Shown: piece after piece, positions 1 to 13,500 of the stretch
How the letters are laid out: each line of letters opens with the position of its first letter
Numbering within the stretch: position 1 is the first letter of the stretch
DNA from: Phoronis australis
Lineage: Eukaryota; Animalia; Phoronida
Length of the DNA: 64,000 nucleotides
Assembly: GCA_002633005.1 (NCBI GenBank)
Contig: NMRA01000080.1
Location: 339,291-403,290 of the forward strand
Direction: 5' to 3'
Program-made: the position numbers and the translations under genes
The notes under the pieces: model-generated
Seen by the model: only the letters and a program-made list of their open reading frames with translations
What the model was told of the DNA's origin: nothing
Databases searched by the model: none

Positions 1-189
1 CAAGTCTACACCTTAATTAAAATAATTTCGGCTGTCTTTTTAACAAAGTCATAAGTCTCGGTCAATAAATGTAAAAAATATCCATTTAGTATATACTTTT
101 TGATTCTAATTTAATGTTGCATAGGTAGAGCTAAAGCTTTTGACAAACAATTTTAATGTCTGGGATATTTATGCTTCAATGCAGTAATG

Positions 190-285
190 GTCTGATATAA
201 CATGCCCGAATTTTGAGAACCAGTTTTCTACACTGAATAAGGGGCATCAAACTGGTTCTCAAAATACGGTCACGTTATGTCAGAC
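190..285. repeat. Foldback/MITE-like inverted repeat
   Basis: gtctgatataacatgcccgaattttgagaaccagttt ... aaactggttctcaaaatacggtcacgttatgtcagac; related pieces near 2437 and 31744-31803. Confidence 0.65.
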
Positions 286-3200
286 TATTTCCCTTTAATG
301 CAGTGCATTTTCTTGTTTAAAGTGCTTACGATGCAACAGTGAAAGTGCTGAAGGAGAAGCATGGGCTACAAGAACGAAGTTCGTAACCTCTGGTTCTGCA
401 GATTTGTTGTTGATGGAAGGGACACGAGCCGCTAGTCAAATGCAGATTTAGTGAGGAGCTTGACGTTCACCAGGTGACACAAGTGAAACCCAGTCCTAGC
501 TGTTGGAATGCATGCATTCAAGTTACTCAGAATTCTTATCTTGCAACTGCGTGTCAGTGAATAATTATCTGTTCTCTGTCTTGTCAGATGCTAAAAAGAG
601 GAATCTTTCTCCTTTAGTACTACTGGTGAATATCGAGTGGTTCATTATTTCAAGTGCAGTATATGGAAGAAAAGTGAATCATTGTTTAAACGCACAATAT
701 GAAATTAGTGAGGCAGTGTGGAGATTGCGTCTGTTTAAAATGTGGACAAATGTGTAGCAGGAGACTAAGAGATGGTGTGATGAAATGCGTGTCTGAAGTA
801 ATTACTGAAGCACAACATGAGACAGACTACTGTGATAGGTTCAACGTGATCTTACGTATCAACATTTTGTTTATTTTAAATGTCGTCCTGTGTGTATCCA
901 GGGATCAGTGCAATGGGCCCACATGCGCGGCCTGCGCACGTCTAGTACAACATGTATTAGACCGCCTGCAATTATTTTTTTTAATGTCCTTTATTGTGAT
1001 TTTAATGGTTATTTTGTCCGTTTCGGAATGGACCACAACAATAAATGTCGTAAAACGTTTTCACAATTAGAACAAAGTATGTCAAGAAGTAGAAATTTTC
1101 CTGTGACGAATTTCTCAATGAAAATATGGGAAGACGATTGTACTTCCACTTTACAGCAAGGAGGAGAGAATTGTAGCCAATAGACACAGTGGAAAGTGGT
1201 GTTGAAGGGGGGAGGGGGTGACGACCGAGGGCAGCTTTGTGTACTAGGGTCTTGGGCTTTTTATAGCTTTGGGTTCTTGGGGAAACTTAAATCATCGACT
1301 GGTAACATCTCGCCAATTTTCCTAAAGTTGATCCTATTCATTTTTCAAAGGCTTGTAACATTTTTGTGAATGCCACACATTGCTTGATGGTTGCCGTTTT
1401 GTAGAATTTAAAAATGACAACAGCATTCATTCGGACGTACTAATCTTTCTTGAAAAATAAAGAAATAAAGTTTCACATGTCCGCTATATTGTGTCCTAAA
1501 TTGGTGAGATTTTATCGTTACTTGTTTCAGTCGTTTCTCATATAAAATCGTGTTTCTAAAAAACTGTCTTGACTGGAAATAATTTTTTATGGAAATATAT
1601 TTTTCTTTGTCTTTGGCTTGTTCATTTAACAAAGTTGAGTTACCAGTGTTTGCATCAAAATTTAGCAATCAGCAGTATTTTGTTGTCTGAATTTGAAATT
1701 CAGTGAGTATGAAAAATGTTTGTGAAAGTATGGAAGCCCTAAAATCAGTGTATTCTTTTGAAACAATCGTGGACTAGGCTTGAAAATTCTGTGATTGCTC
1801 TGGCTGAAAGAGGGGACATTTTGGGCTCAAAGGGGGATAACTAGTCCATATAGTGGCTTAGAGTTTTGCTGATAGTGTAAATCACCTGGTGTCATTCAGA
1901 TACAACAGGCCTTTTGAAATTGAGATGCAAGGTCAGTGAAAGCAATTCTTTGTGAACACTGCTCTTAACAGTCATACAACTGTCCCATTTGAACTGTGTA
2001 ACTTAAATACAGCTTAACAAAGGTTCACGTTCTAGCTGAGAAGATAATTGTTTTATTATCCCTTATGGGTTTTGAATAGCCGAACCTGGAATGGAGACTT
2101 GGACTCCAAAGAAAAGAAAAAAAGGAAAGAGGTAGCATGAGTGGAAGCAAAAGAAGGAAGGAGGGGATAAGTGTTTTTTTAAAACGATTGAAAACACATT
2201 CATGAAGATCACTGGAGCTGTTGGAAAACGCCTTTAGCTGTTGCGCTGGAGTACCGGAATGGGGGGATTCGTTATGTTTAAAGGAATCTATGGCAAGAAA
2301 ACAGATTTTCTGCGATATAAACCTGCAACCCCACGGTCGCAGTCTAATGCTCTACTTGCCGAGCTAATCCAAACTGGATAAATGGTAGAATATTTTAGGG
2401 TATTAATTGGTAAAGTCACCGGCCTCCATTTCATGGAACTGGTTCTCGAAATCCGGGACTTGGGACTATTGCTGGGAGTCTGGTAACAAATGGTATAAAA
2501 TATACTAGAAGAGTGTTTATAAAGAACAACTACAACTACAAGCAATGGCAAGACCACTTACATTCGTTAACAAACCACAACTTATTACTGGTTTTGCATT
2601 TGTAGGGCTGGCCATTTTCAGTTGACGAAAAATTTTCGTGAGTGAACATTTCACTTTAAATCTCTCTTTGTTCTGGCTAACAACTTCCTACGCAATACCA
2701 TACAGTAGCATAAATGTAGCGGCAGGCTCATTGAAAGTGAATTTCCGTGAAAGATGTTTTTTATACTTGCCTGGGGTAAATGAAAGCCCTCATCGAGACA
2801 CCACAATGTCCTCCATCACGCTATTGCACAAAACGTCATGCGCGCACCTAGCTTTTAATATGGGTGGGGGCTCGAATTTCTGGCGGTGTGGACCTTTTGC
2901 TGACAAAAAACGGGAGGACTAAAAAAACGGGATACCACCTTCACTGTGCGTCTCTGCCTTTTCAGTGGACTTTTGTCTCGTTTTCTCGGACTTGTTGTTT
3001 CTCTGAGGCGGACCTTTTTGCCCACTTCGCCAAATGGTGGGCTTGTCCGAGTCCCTTCCTTCCCCCTGGGTGGGCGCATGAAAGTATTTTCAAATGCTGA
3101 AATGCCAAGTTCAAGGACGCAATAAATGTCATTTTCGCTGAGGAGGCTCAGTCGGTTAGTGGCCAATTATTTTGCATTAAAAACGACCGTTACTAACATG

Positions 3201-4413
3201 GCATCTTCCTCAAAATATCGATTATTTCTTTGTCCCGTCCGAGGCTATCCTGGAAGTTTAATTTAGAAAATCTCACAATGCTTTGGGTAGAAACTGGTAC
3301 ATGTAGCTGAATGACTGAACGAGTGATCGACATGTGATCGAAATCCCAAATTTTGCCTTCTTCCAGCATAAGCGACCGGTAGAAGCGCCATCGAATATCG
3401 TCTATGCCAGCTTTCATTAGCGTATGTTATTGTATAATGAAATAATTAAAACATTAGCTTTCACACTCGGTCATTATATTAGCTTTCATACCCATGTCAT
3501 AATGAAGTTGTAACAAGTAGTCGTGACTGGCGGATCGTACTTCCATTCAGCACCGCATACGTGGCACTATTTATTACGTGGTTGTGGTTTCGAGGTTTTT
3601 CGAAAAACTGTGATGTCTGGGTTATTTAACTCGGTTATCTTTTAACCAGAAATTCACTTATAGATAGAGGGAAGGGTAAATAAAACAAATGGCTTCGCAA
3701 AGCCAACGCTATTCGTGTACCTATGTATAGCGTTAATGTTGCAGTTGCGGATCAAACTCTTTATAAATGGGCGAAGCGCACCGGCGCGGGCACCTGAATT
3801 GGGGGCAGGCACGATTCCACAAGGTCTACAACAGGTTGCACGGGCCCAAATGCGTGCATGTTCAGTAGTAATTACGAGAAATTTTGGAACAGCATATGGT
3901 TAAGCGTTTTGGTCTCTGACCGCCAGGAATTGCAAGTCCAGGTCCAATTTTCTCTATGTACATGTGTTCAATTGTCTCACTTACTGGGCAAGTTGGCCGA
4001 AACCACAGACGCAGTTTCGAGAAAATTGTATATGGGAATCAAACGTAGATTGAAATTTACGTTGTATCTGTATCCTTTGACACGTTTGAAAGTTTTTTGT
4101 CGCTCGGAAACTTACGGCAGCTACCAACTAAACGGAATTTCACAACGTTTAGCCTTAGACCCTAATCTCATTTTCTTGCCAGCAACTGGTTTCTGCCATT
4201 AAAGCGATTTTGAGATTATGCTGAATGAACTATGTTTGTATAGAAAACACATGCTATCGATCGTGATAGAGGAAACATTTGAGACACATTTTTGTGGTTG
4301 TGTAACCTTGGATTATTTTGCACTTTATGTAAACCTTGTGAGTGAGGAGGAAATGTGTCTTGCTTTTGCCCGCGCATTCTTCGTATGGCTATGGCTTCGT
4401 TAGACTATAGTAT

Positions 4414-4792
4414 TACTACCGTATTTCCCTGCCTATAGGCCAATGGGCTTATATCTGAAATAATGCCTCGTTTCGCTACCCTTTTTACCCGTGTGGTTCG
4501 CATATTTGAGCATGCACCTAAGTTTCGCATACTTTAAACGCTAGGTATTTTTGTGGGCATACATTAATTCGCATATAGGCGCACCCATTTTCTTTTTGAA
4601 CATTGTCTTGCTTTTCATGAACTTTTACACTGTCTTTGCCGTGCCTTTAGGCCCCATGGGCCTGTATCCGAAGCCGGTAATGCCTTGACCCAGTTTTTAC
4701 CGAAGTGGTTTGCACTTTGGCGCATGCGCCTAAGTTTCGCACGCGCAGTTTACACAGACACTCTAAGCCTAGAGCGCGGCAATACGGCAGTA
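4414..4792. mobile_element. Tc1/mariner-like MITE with an internal ~210-bp duplication
   Basis: Termini TACTACCGTATT / AATACGGCAGTA; two diverged internal units (taggcc.atggg...cctaagtttcgca). Confidence 0.55.
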
Positions 4793-7700
4793 CGTTTCAG
4801 AGACATATACGGCTCCGATTTAATCTGGTTCATGATGATTAGTGACAACACTGAGGTATTACCATGGAGTATAGCTATAGTAACGAAGCGGGCTGTCCCG
4901 CTCCCCCATTTAGTTGAAACAATTATACTTGGTCCTCTCATCACAATAATTCTCCTATACTCCTAATTCTGCTGGGAACTGGGAAACGCTAACACAGTGT
5001 GTAATCTCACTGTCCGAGTAGCCTATCAACGCCCGTGACTTACCCACTAAGGAAGCCAATACAGTCGGGAGGTTTTACTTAATGGACTGAGGCTATAGGA
5101 ATGCGGCTAGCCTAAAGTGCGGATTGAGAAATCCAAATTTTGATAGTCGCTTTTTTCTAAAATTGTCGAACTAGCACACACTATTCGTCAAATTAGGATT
5201 CGCCTGTTCACATGCTATACGTAGCCAGGTCAGCAGCTTATGTTTGTAGAATTCTGCATTCTTTTGTCGAACCCGAGATTTAACAAGTAACAGGCAGCAG
5301 ATATAGACGGTGCTGACCTCTTCCGGCTCATGATTGGTCATTATGTCGATTAACTTAGTAACGAAAACCAACAAGGGCACATGTAGGCCACCTCGTCACA
5401 AAATGTCTTTCATTTTTTACAAGTAAAAGATATTTTTGAGATGAGGGTAATTACTTATTTCACGTTGATGTCCACATCGACAATCTCACTGCTTATGCAT
5501 ACTAGACTCAGTACTCTGGTATTAGATTTTGGGTCGCAACTCTTGTGACACCTATCAGACAACACGTGATTTTCCGAACAAGGAAGTCAACACCTGCACA
5601 GACCCTCTTCCGTGACGTCAGAGTGCGGGGCCTGGGAACCAGGTTACGTCGCGGGGAAATTAACTGTGTTTTCAGATTGCACGAAGGTGACTGCGCGCTG
5701 CACGGAGGCTGGACTAAGAAGCCGCTCCAGCTATTTCGCGACATGCTCATCTGCTGTGAAACATATCATTTACTGTTCCAGTAATCATTTACCGTGGGCC
5801 AGTTCTGTAGACCTCCCGGGGAGGGAATGCTCCCGTGTGCGAGACGTAGCGCTCACTGATTTCGTTTTTTTTTCTCGTGACCAGTTTAGCTATGATTCCG
5901 TTTAATTGCATGCTCAATGTTTTTGTCTCTTCAAAAGTGTCCAATTTATGCAGCATCGCGTAGTTCCACAGAAGATCAGTTTCATGTTTTATAGAGGTTT
6001 GTTTTGTTGAAAGAGTTTAAACACCTAACTAAAAAGAGGTTATAAGAACAAAAACACAATGAAACGGTGAAAATTTTCAGGAGAACTCTCAACAAACAAA
6101 TCAATCCCCTTTAATCGTGGTTACTACTAAGTGTGGGAGTTTCATGTTACCGTGCATCTAACGTCGGTCGGGTATCCTAATTTCCCACTGGCACATCCGG
6201 TCACTGAAAAACTTAGTACGGTCAAGTACAAGAACTTGGAGGTTTACTGTGTGCTTGAATTCGTCATGATATAGGCCTAATACTAGACTTCAGTTACAAG
6301 TAAAATTGAGAAATGTGACAAATAGTCAGTTAGGCCTACTCCCAGTCTTAGAAACTGAAATTGTGATCAATGAACAGATATAAGGGCGAAACAGATGATT
6401 GTGTACTGCATGAAAATTCTAGACGATGATAAACTTTTCACTTAGACGTTTCCCGTATAACTGTCAGTTTATCTGAAAACCAGTGATCTATTCTTGCCTG
6501 CTGACTACAGTTTGTGACGCAAACGCATGTCGATGCAGTTGTTTCCGGTATCTGGAGGATATTTTTTCCAAATCTCAGACAAGGGAAGATCTCGCACATT
6601 GAACGGTAAACGTTACAAAACTCACAAAACAAAATTGTCGGTTGTGCTTGACCTCCGTTATCCTTATGCAACGTACTGAATAAAGCTGCACATCGCTACA
6701 GGCGAATACGCTGTTCGTTTTCCAGTATGATCTAACGAGCGTTAGGGCTACCGTAGACGAAGAGCTACGAGCTGAGCTTTCTACCTAAATTAAGTGAACT
6801 ATAGCGCACCTGGCAGCTATCGTCAAGGCGTGGAAGTACGACAACCTTTGCTCTCATCTTGACGTGAGAGCTATAACAGTTATCTCAGTCATCGACCACT
6901 TGATGCCGACTAGCCCTCAGTGAGCTCGTGGCTCTCCGTCTGCAGGGGGTCTTAGATTACTTGGTAGCTATCAACGAATTCCCGCTAATACTATGAGATT
7001 GAACATGTCTCGCTGATAGACTTTTTATGAAGTTTATTCATAAAGAATTCGTTTACACAGGACGAATTCAAATTACAGTGCAACTGGTTCTCCCTGCCCA
7101 CCTGTGAAGTTCATTTGAGACTGACCAACGCCAAAGTTGTGAGTGACTAATTATTTTTTCCCGAAAATGCCTTTCCAAACTATAAGAACGTCAAAGTTAC
7201 TCACATGTTATCCCTGTGTATTTATGTTTTTAAAAAAAATATAGAGTATATAAGGTGAACTCGAGGGTCACATACTTTCGCTGGCTATTGAGAAGGTTTC
7301 ACCCAGTCTGCTTTAAAACAAAAATGACCATTAATTAACATCCTTTTATTTTGGAATTGATGTCATACCGAAACATCACCCTTTTGGTTTTTATTTGAAA
7401 ATGGTTTGGCTTCAGTTGTTCCATGAAGTTTTCAACTAAAACCGCGAAGTTGCAGGACGACCTCCTAATAATATACTGAAAAGTAAATCAAAAATGACCC
7501 ACGATGTCTGAGTTTTACCGGATGTTTAAAAACTTGAGGGCATCCAACATTACACAACTATCCATCGTTCATATATCGAAAATTCTCGGCACTTGTAAAA
7601 ATCAGCAGTTGGGTTGTTTACACTGTGGCGGTGGAATCTACGACAAAAAAAATCGCCGCCCATGAGAAATTCATCAATTTTATCAGTTTTCAGAATAGAT

Positions 7701-7949
7701 ATTTCTGGCTATTTGTGAACACAATGGATTTTGTTATGAGCCGGAAACGTTTTTATGTGCTTGCACAAATCACACAAGTCAACTGGCTGATGTTTAAGCA
7801 TTGCACCTTACTTTCTGCCCCTGAAAGATAACTATGAAATAATGTTTTGAAGAAGCTTCGTTTCACCTCAGTCAAGCTCAGACTGACCGTAAGCCTCGAG
7901 TGAGCTTAATTGACAGATCAGGAAAACTTTCGACCCCTTTTTAAAATAC

Positions 7950-8131
7950 GAAAGTGAAAATCCTTAACTTCTAGATGACCCGGACAATGTTCACAAGTGT
8001 GGCGTTTCTGAATACTATTATTCCTGTACTTTAAAATTCTTCACAAGTGCCTCTTTCCCAACTCCGGGACTTTTTGGTGATGTTTATGTTTACAAATCAC
8101 GAGTAGTATCCACTAGATGGCGCGCCATCTA
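7950..8131 (+). promoter_or_regulatory. Candidate proximal promoter of the ZC3H12-like gene
   Basis: GAAAGTGAAA (IRF-type) at 7950, GGGACTTTTT near 8066, and CCACTAGATGGCGC (CTCF consensus) inside the 18-bp palindrome TAGATGGCGCGCCATCTA (8114-8131), about 100-290 bp before the ATG. Confidence 0.45.
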
Positions 8132-8235
8132 ATAGTCTCAAATCCAGTTCATAGTGGAAGAAGGAAACGATGAATATTAGAATGAGATAGACTTCAAGTA
8201 GCAGTTTGGTCACATTTAAGGTAGAGAAATGTATT

Positions 8236-8460
8236 ATGGATGGAAAACCGATGGAATTTACCATCAGCCAAGACGCCTATGTCATAACCGATGATGACAT
8301 ATACCGCGTGAGGAATTTATTTGGTGTTTTGCTCGATAGGCTAAGTTCAACCAAGCTCACTGCTCTCGCCTCTCATTCGGACAACAAAAACACAGTATGG
8401 ATGCAGATAAAACCCCTTTCCACTGGGCCCAGGTCCCAGGCAAACTGCGCAGCAGCAAAG
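8236..8460 (+). CDS. ZC3H12: ZC3H12-like exon 1 (first KH-like unit, [10 protein letters not shown]...NCAAAK)
   Basis: ATG at 8236 preceded by an in-frame stop (TAG 8188-8190); ends AAG|GTAATG (phase 0); joins in frame to the phase-0 acceptor at 20712. EFT..R..LFGV.L..W.Q...AK pattern resembles the N4BP1 N-terminus as recalled. Confidence 0.8.
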
Positions 8461-10507
8461 GTAATGTAAAATGGTTGAATTACCAGTGAAATTTAGGTAA
8501 TTTAACTTGTTTTGCTCTTGTTACTTGATGATTCAGAAGGTGCATGCTTCATTGAGTGTAATGTTGACAACGGTCTAACATGCCATGGGATTACCCATCA
8601 TCAATCATGACACACGTAGTATTGTGCTCTGTAATGGCATTGTTGGGAATTATGCATTACATTAATTTTCAATGTCATGAAATTAAAAGATGGGACGAAC
8701 CAAACGTCATTTTGGGCTTGTTTTTTTTTTAATTGCTGTTCTAAATGCATGTAATTTGTATTCCCGATTCCAAATTTAACATCTTTCTGATTAATTATGT
8801 CCGTGAGATGACACTGAGAAACTTCAGTGTGCTACTGTTGGAATGTTTGAATTATAATGTTTTAAACGATTAAAAGATTTGACTGGGGAATTTGAATTTA
8901 CACGACTTTAAGACATCATTTAGCCTTAAATCTCAAAGTAACTTGAATTTTTGTGCTGGTAATCTTTGCATGATTTCAGTGGCCAGGCATGCTCTAATTG
9001 CAATGCAACAGGTACTAAATGTGGAATTAGTAAATGATAGTTGTTTACTAACATATGTAGCACAGTTCCACACATATACACGAACACGCACTTGTTCCAG
9101 AATTCATTGAACGTTGGACATGATTAACGTGGCTGAAATTTTAATTCAGGTTTTCATACACACTTTTCCATTTCTAGGGATGTACTTTTTAATTTTTAAT
9201 ACAAACCTGAAGTAATTACAAAATTTATTTAGAGAGCATGTCTACTCTTCTACTCTGAGGCATTCTAGGAGTAGGGATTATGTTCCTTGATTCATATTCG
9301 TGAACTGACAATTAAAACTGTTCCTTTGTCTGTTTTTGTATTTATGATTTGATAAAGGACAATAAAAAGATGGCCGGGAGGGGGGGGCTCTCCACTTAAA
9401 ATAGGCGAGTGAGGCACACTAAAATTCACAACCAAACACAATGTACTAGGTATGGGCAATGAGGCAGATGTACCTGAGATGCTATCCTCAAAACAATACC
9501 AAGCCTGTGTCCCTACCCGTAAATATCGCCACTTTATTTTCATGGTTGCATTTCATTCTCTTCTGAGGTGATGCCTGAATACACCTGAAGTAAAAATTCA
9601 CCAGTTTGAGAACTCTCTAAAACTTGGAACACCAAAATTCAAGCCAAAATTGAATTTTAATTGATTCTTATAATTGGGACGTGGATGATTTTAGTGCTGG
9701 TCACGTGGGATACTGCGTTATGTATCAGCAGGGTCTGACAGTGGATTCAGTGTAGGTCATGAAATTGTAGAAAACAGCCACTGATGAAATGCATTCATGC
9801 ATTCCCACAGGTTTATTCATTGTTGTATTCATAATTCTTGTATTTGGGATGGCCATTACTGTCTTTTAATGAGGTTTGGTACAAGCTCCAACCTTAAGCA
9901 AAATAATTGATTTTCACTGGCTTGAATCTGACAATGTTTTCCTATATCTTATATACCTACCTCATACCAACTCCTAATACCCAACCAAGAAATGAGAACA
10001 CATGATAGATCTCAGTGGCCACCTGCCCTGTAAGGACTCATCTAGTCACCATCTTCACTGTCTAACATTAGGGTCGATTTAAAAAGATGATTACTTTGAC
10101 TATGGGCTGGTGGTTTGTGTTGGAAAATGTCTTTTGTTATTGTGTCTTGAAGTTACTGAAAGTAATGAATAGTGTCGTCCCTGATTAAACAGTTGGAACT
10201 CCCCTTTGTCCTGGAGTTAAGAAAATGCGTTGTTTTTGTGAATGGGTTATACTAGTTTCGCAGGATTCTGGCTAAATGGCTAAATACAGCGAGATTCACG
10301 CGTAGTCCGGTAAGGCTCTGCTGTCATATTCTCAAAGCATCTGAACAGATAAGGTTGCTCCTCTAACAAATTAGCATGTAGCCAATATCTATGAAACTTT
10401 TGAATTTATTTTTCAAGGTAAGGATAACTAAATCAAAGAAAATATATGTTTAAGACAAAACACCCTGTTCTCAATCACATACACACACACGCACGCACGC
10501 ACACACA

Positions 10508-10558
<51 letters not shown>

Positions 10559-13500
10559 CTAACTTCCTACTGTCTGTAAGTAGAAAGCCTACAAAATTTA
10601 ATGTTTTACTTCATACCAATCTGGGGTTAATTGGGTCATGTGACAGTGGTTTTTTAAAAGAACGTTAATCTCATAGCAATTTAGAAGCTCAGTTTAAGTT
10701 ATTAAAATTATTTGCCTCTTCCTATGCTGTATCATCGTCATTATATGCCTCCACAAATATCCATTGTCGGTATTTTTTGTGTGGAACATTTGAGGGCTTT
10801 CAACCCAGTACTTCAGCTATTGTAGCTATTGTAAAGCTTTTATGAATTGTGGTACAAAATGTTCTCTTGGTAAACAACAATTGTGTTTGTTGTTAGGTGG
10901 CATTCAATGGAATCTAGAGTGCGATTTCGTAATTTCTACCCTGGCTCTCAGTTGGAAACATATTTGCTCCACCCACATCCCTCAGACCTAATTGTTTATC
11001 CTGAGAAAAGTTTTCCTTTTCAAAGTTTCTTTGAACTTACCTACGCCTTGTTTTAGGCGTCATCAGTGACCTATACCCCGAATGATTCAGGTCACTCCCA
11101 CACTGACATTCTTTTAGTTAGACATCTCTGCAACATCTGTAGTAAGCACAATAGGTTTCAAGAACTTGTAGAGATCATTACATTTTAAGGTAGGTTCTTG
11201 TTTGACAGGACTTGTAATGTTTAGTGATGGAGGACTTGTGAAACCTAATCAAAGCAATGACCTTTGGCAGTGGGAGGTGGTTTTAAGTTAAGAAATTGAA
11301 GAAAATTTGTAGATCTTTGGTAGCTAAATTCCTTCTTCTTTACTTTTTCTCCGAATTAAGCACCAAAATGATCATTTCCTGCTGCAAATGAGGGAAACTT
11401 AAAGGAGAATACCACCCGATTTAATTTGTCCTTTTTACCGTCTTAATCGGTCTATATCCACATCGCCTCGCATACGGTCGACCTTACCTTGCCAAGAGGT
11501 GTCGCGTTAACCTGTGAAGAAGGTGAGAAACGACGCTAGTGACGTCAGTGGTTCATATGCAGAGTGAATGCTGCTGTGTTGCGGTGCATCATTCCTGCTT
11601 GTCCGAACTTAAGCAGCTGCGAGGAAAGCAGGTATATCGTTTTTTTTTACTTCCTCGAAAGTCAGAAATTTGCTTAGGAAGTGGCTCATGGTAGTGAAGA
11701 ATGAAATTTACGCTGTAAATAGCAAGTATGAGGCCGTGAAATATCTCCGTGTCTGTGGCCTGCAGATGTTTACAATGCCTGAAGAATGCCGGCTTACCAA
11801 ATAACTCTGTTTCCATACGTTCCGTTGTCTGAGCTTGTTCACGGCACCTCTCTAGTATTTCTTCATCACTGTATTCTTGTTCGAATTGATAGCCTGTAAA
11901 ACTTAACGATCCACCTGCGAAGTCGGGACTGATGAGCTCTAGTTCGTCCTAAGTCGGGATTGCCGCGAGTTGCCCTGTTGGCGTTTATTAGTGAGCGTTC
12001 TGTTTCAAAATGAATTATTCTCACCCTAACCAATACTTATTTAAAACTGAAACAAAGTCTGTCTCATTAGATGCAATTTGTAATGCTTTTGAGTGATTGT
12101 GAGTGCATGCAAATGATTTGAGAAGCCAGTAATGAATAAATCACTGCGTTACCAGCTTTAGGTGCAATGAAACTAGTTGATGGGACACCGAGGTCGTGTG
12201 AGCTCATGCTAATTTAGTGTTTGCTGGCAGAAACTGTTGTGAAACAACTCGATTTCCATCCCACGGCCAGGTGTTAGGCCAATCTTTATTACATTTACAT
12301 TACTCAAATAATGATTGTCAATGTACAACTTCTGCCCTGACTGTGCTGTGGCCAAAGCGGAACCCGAGTGAATTCTCGGCCCCCGACGAGTAAGTAGATT
12401 TGCAGTTTCTTGGCTAATTCACCAACATAATCATTTGCACATTACTTTGGCTTACTAGTATAGTATTTTCTTGACTGGAAGTTTAGTTTCCACTGAACTT
12501 TGGCTGGTTTATGTTCGTGATGTCTGATCAGTTTCCGAGCCAGTGGCCGGGATAACGATTCAATCTGGCCGGCCGCGACGGGCCTGATTGGGGTCTGAGC
12601 CACTGGCCAGGATAACAAGCGTTATGTGTTTAGTACTCAAAAAATCACAAGACTAAACAACACAGATCTAGGTTCTCCTGTCTGTATCTCACGGAAGAAT
12701 ACTTCGAATTTATCTCCGAACAGACCTCAAACTCCTGCTACGGACCTTATTGGCCTGCCGAACTTTGCAGGCTACGGTGTGTCCAAATACCAATAAATCC
12801 GTAAGAGCGAAATAAAACAACACGTTTTTATAAGAACTCGGTGTATTTTGAAGGGTTTTACATCGAAGTTTGGTTATTTATTGGTGTTAAACGATGACTT
12901 CAAGCGATAAGCTAACACCAGTAACCCGTGTTGTGAACTGCTGAACAGACTGTGTGTAAAACCGATGACGTCACTGGATAATTTCAACACCTCCATCTGC
13001 CATCAGGTGTCAGGTAACGCAACCATACGTTTCGTTATGGAGTAGAACTACTAGATCTAAACTGATACAAATTAGGTTGTTTTTTGTTTGGCATGCTCCT
13101 TTAAAGTTGTTTTATAGCACCTGCACGATATAAAACCAAGCTCTAATCTGACTGTAGAAAACTTTCATAGTCTTCACATCTGATGAGAAATTTCATAATA
13201 TATAAACCAAGTTTTAAAATCTGGCTAAATCTACATAAATTTTCTCTTTTCTGACACAGCTTGTGAAGAAATATACCATTAAAGTTCCCATTATTTACAG
13301 CAAGAGATATAAGAAAAATCACAATTTTAGCAAGTTCTGTATCAAAGTAGGTGAAAATCCTTCATACTTCTGTTGTAGCTCTAAAAGAAATATTGTATTT
13401 GTAAGTGGGATCCAGTTCTGTAATTAAACTGTCTTCTAATCAAACTGAAATTATGTTGCTGTTTTCCAAGAGACACAGGCCCATGTTTTCTGTTCATTTG

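Noticed and set aside
503-5905. Numerous 60-123 aa ORFs
   Set aside because: No family motifs or coherent splice chain; lengths are compatible with chance.
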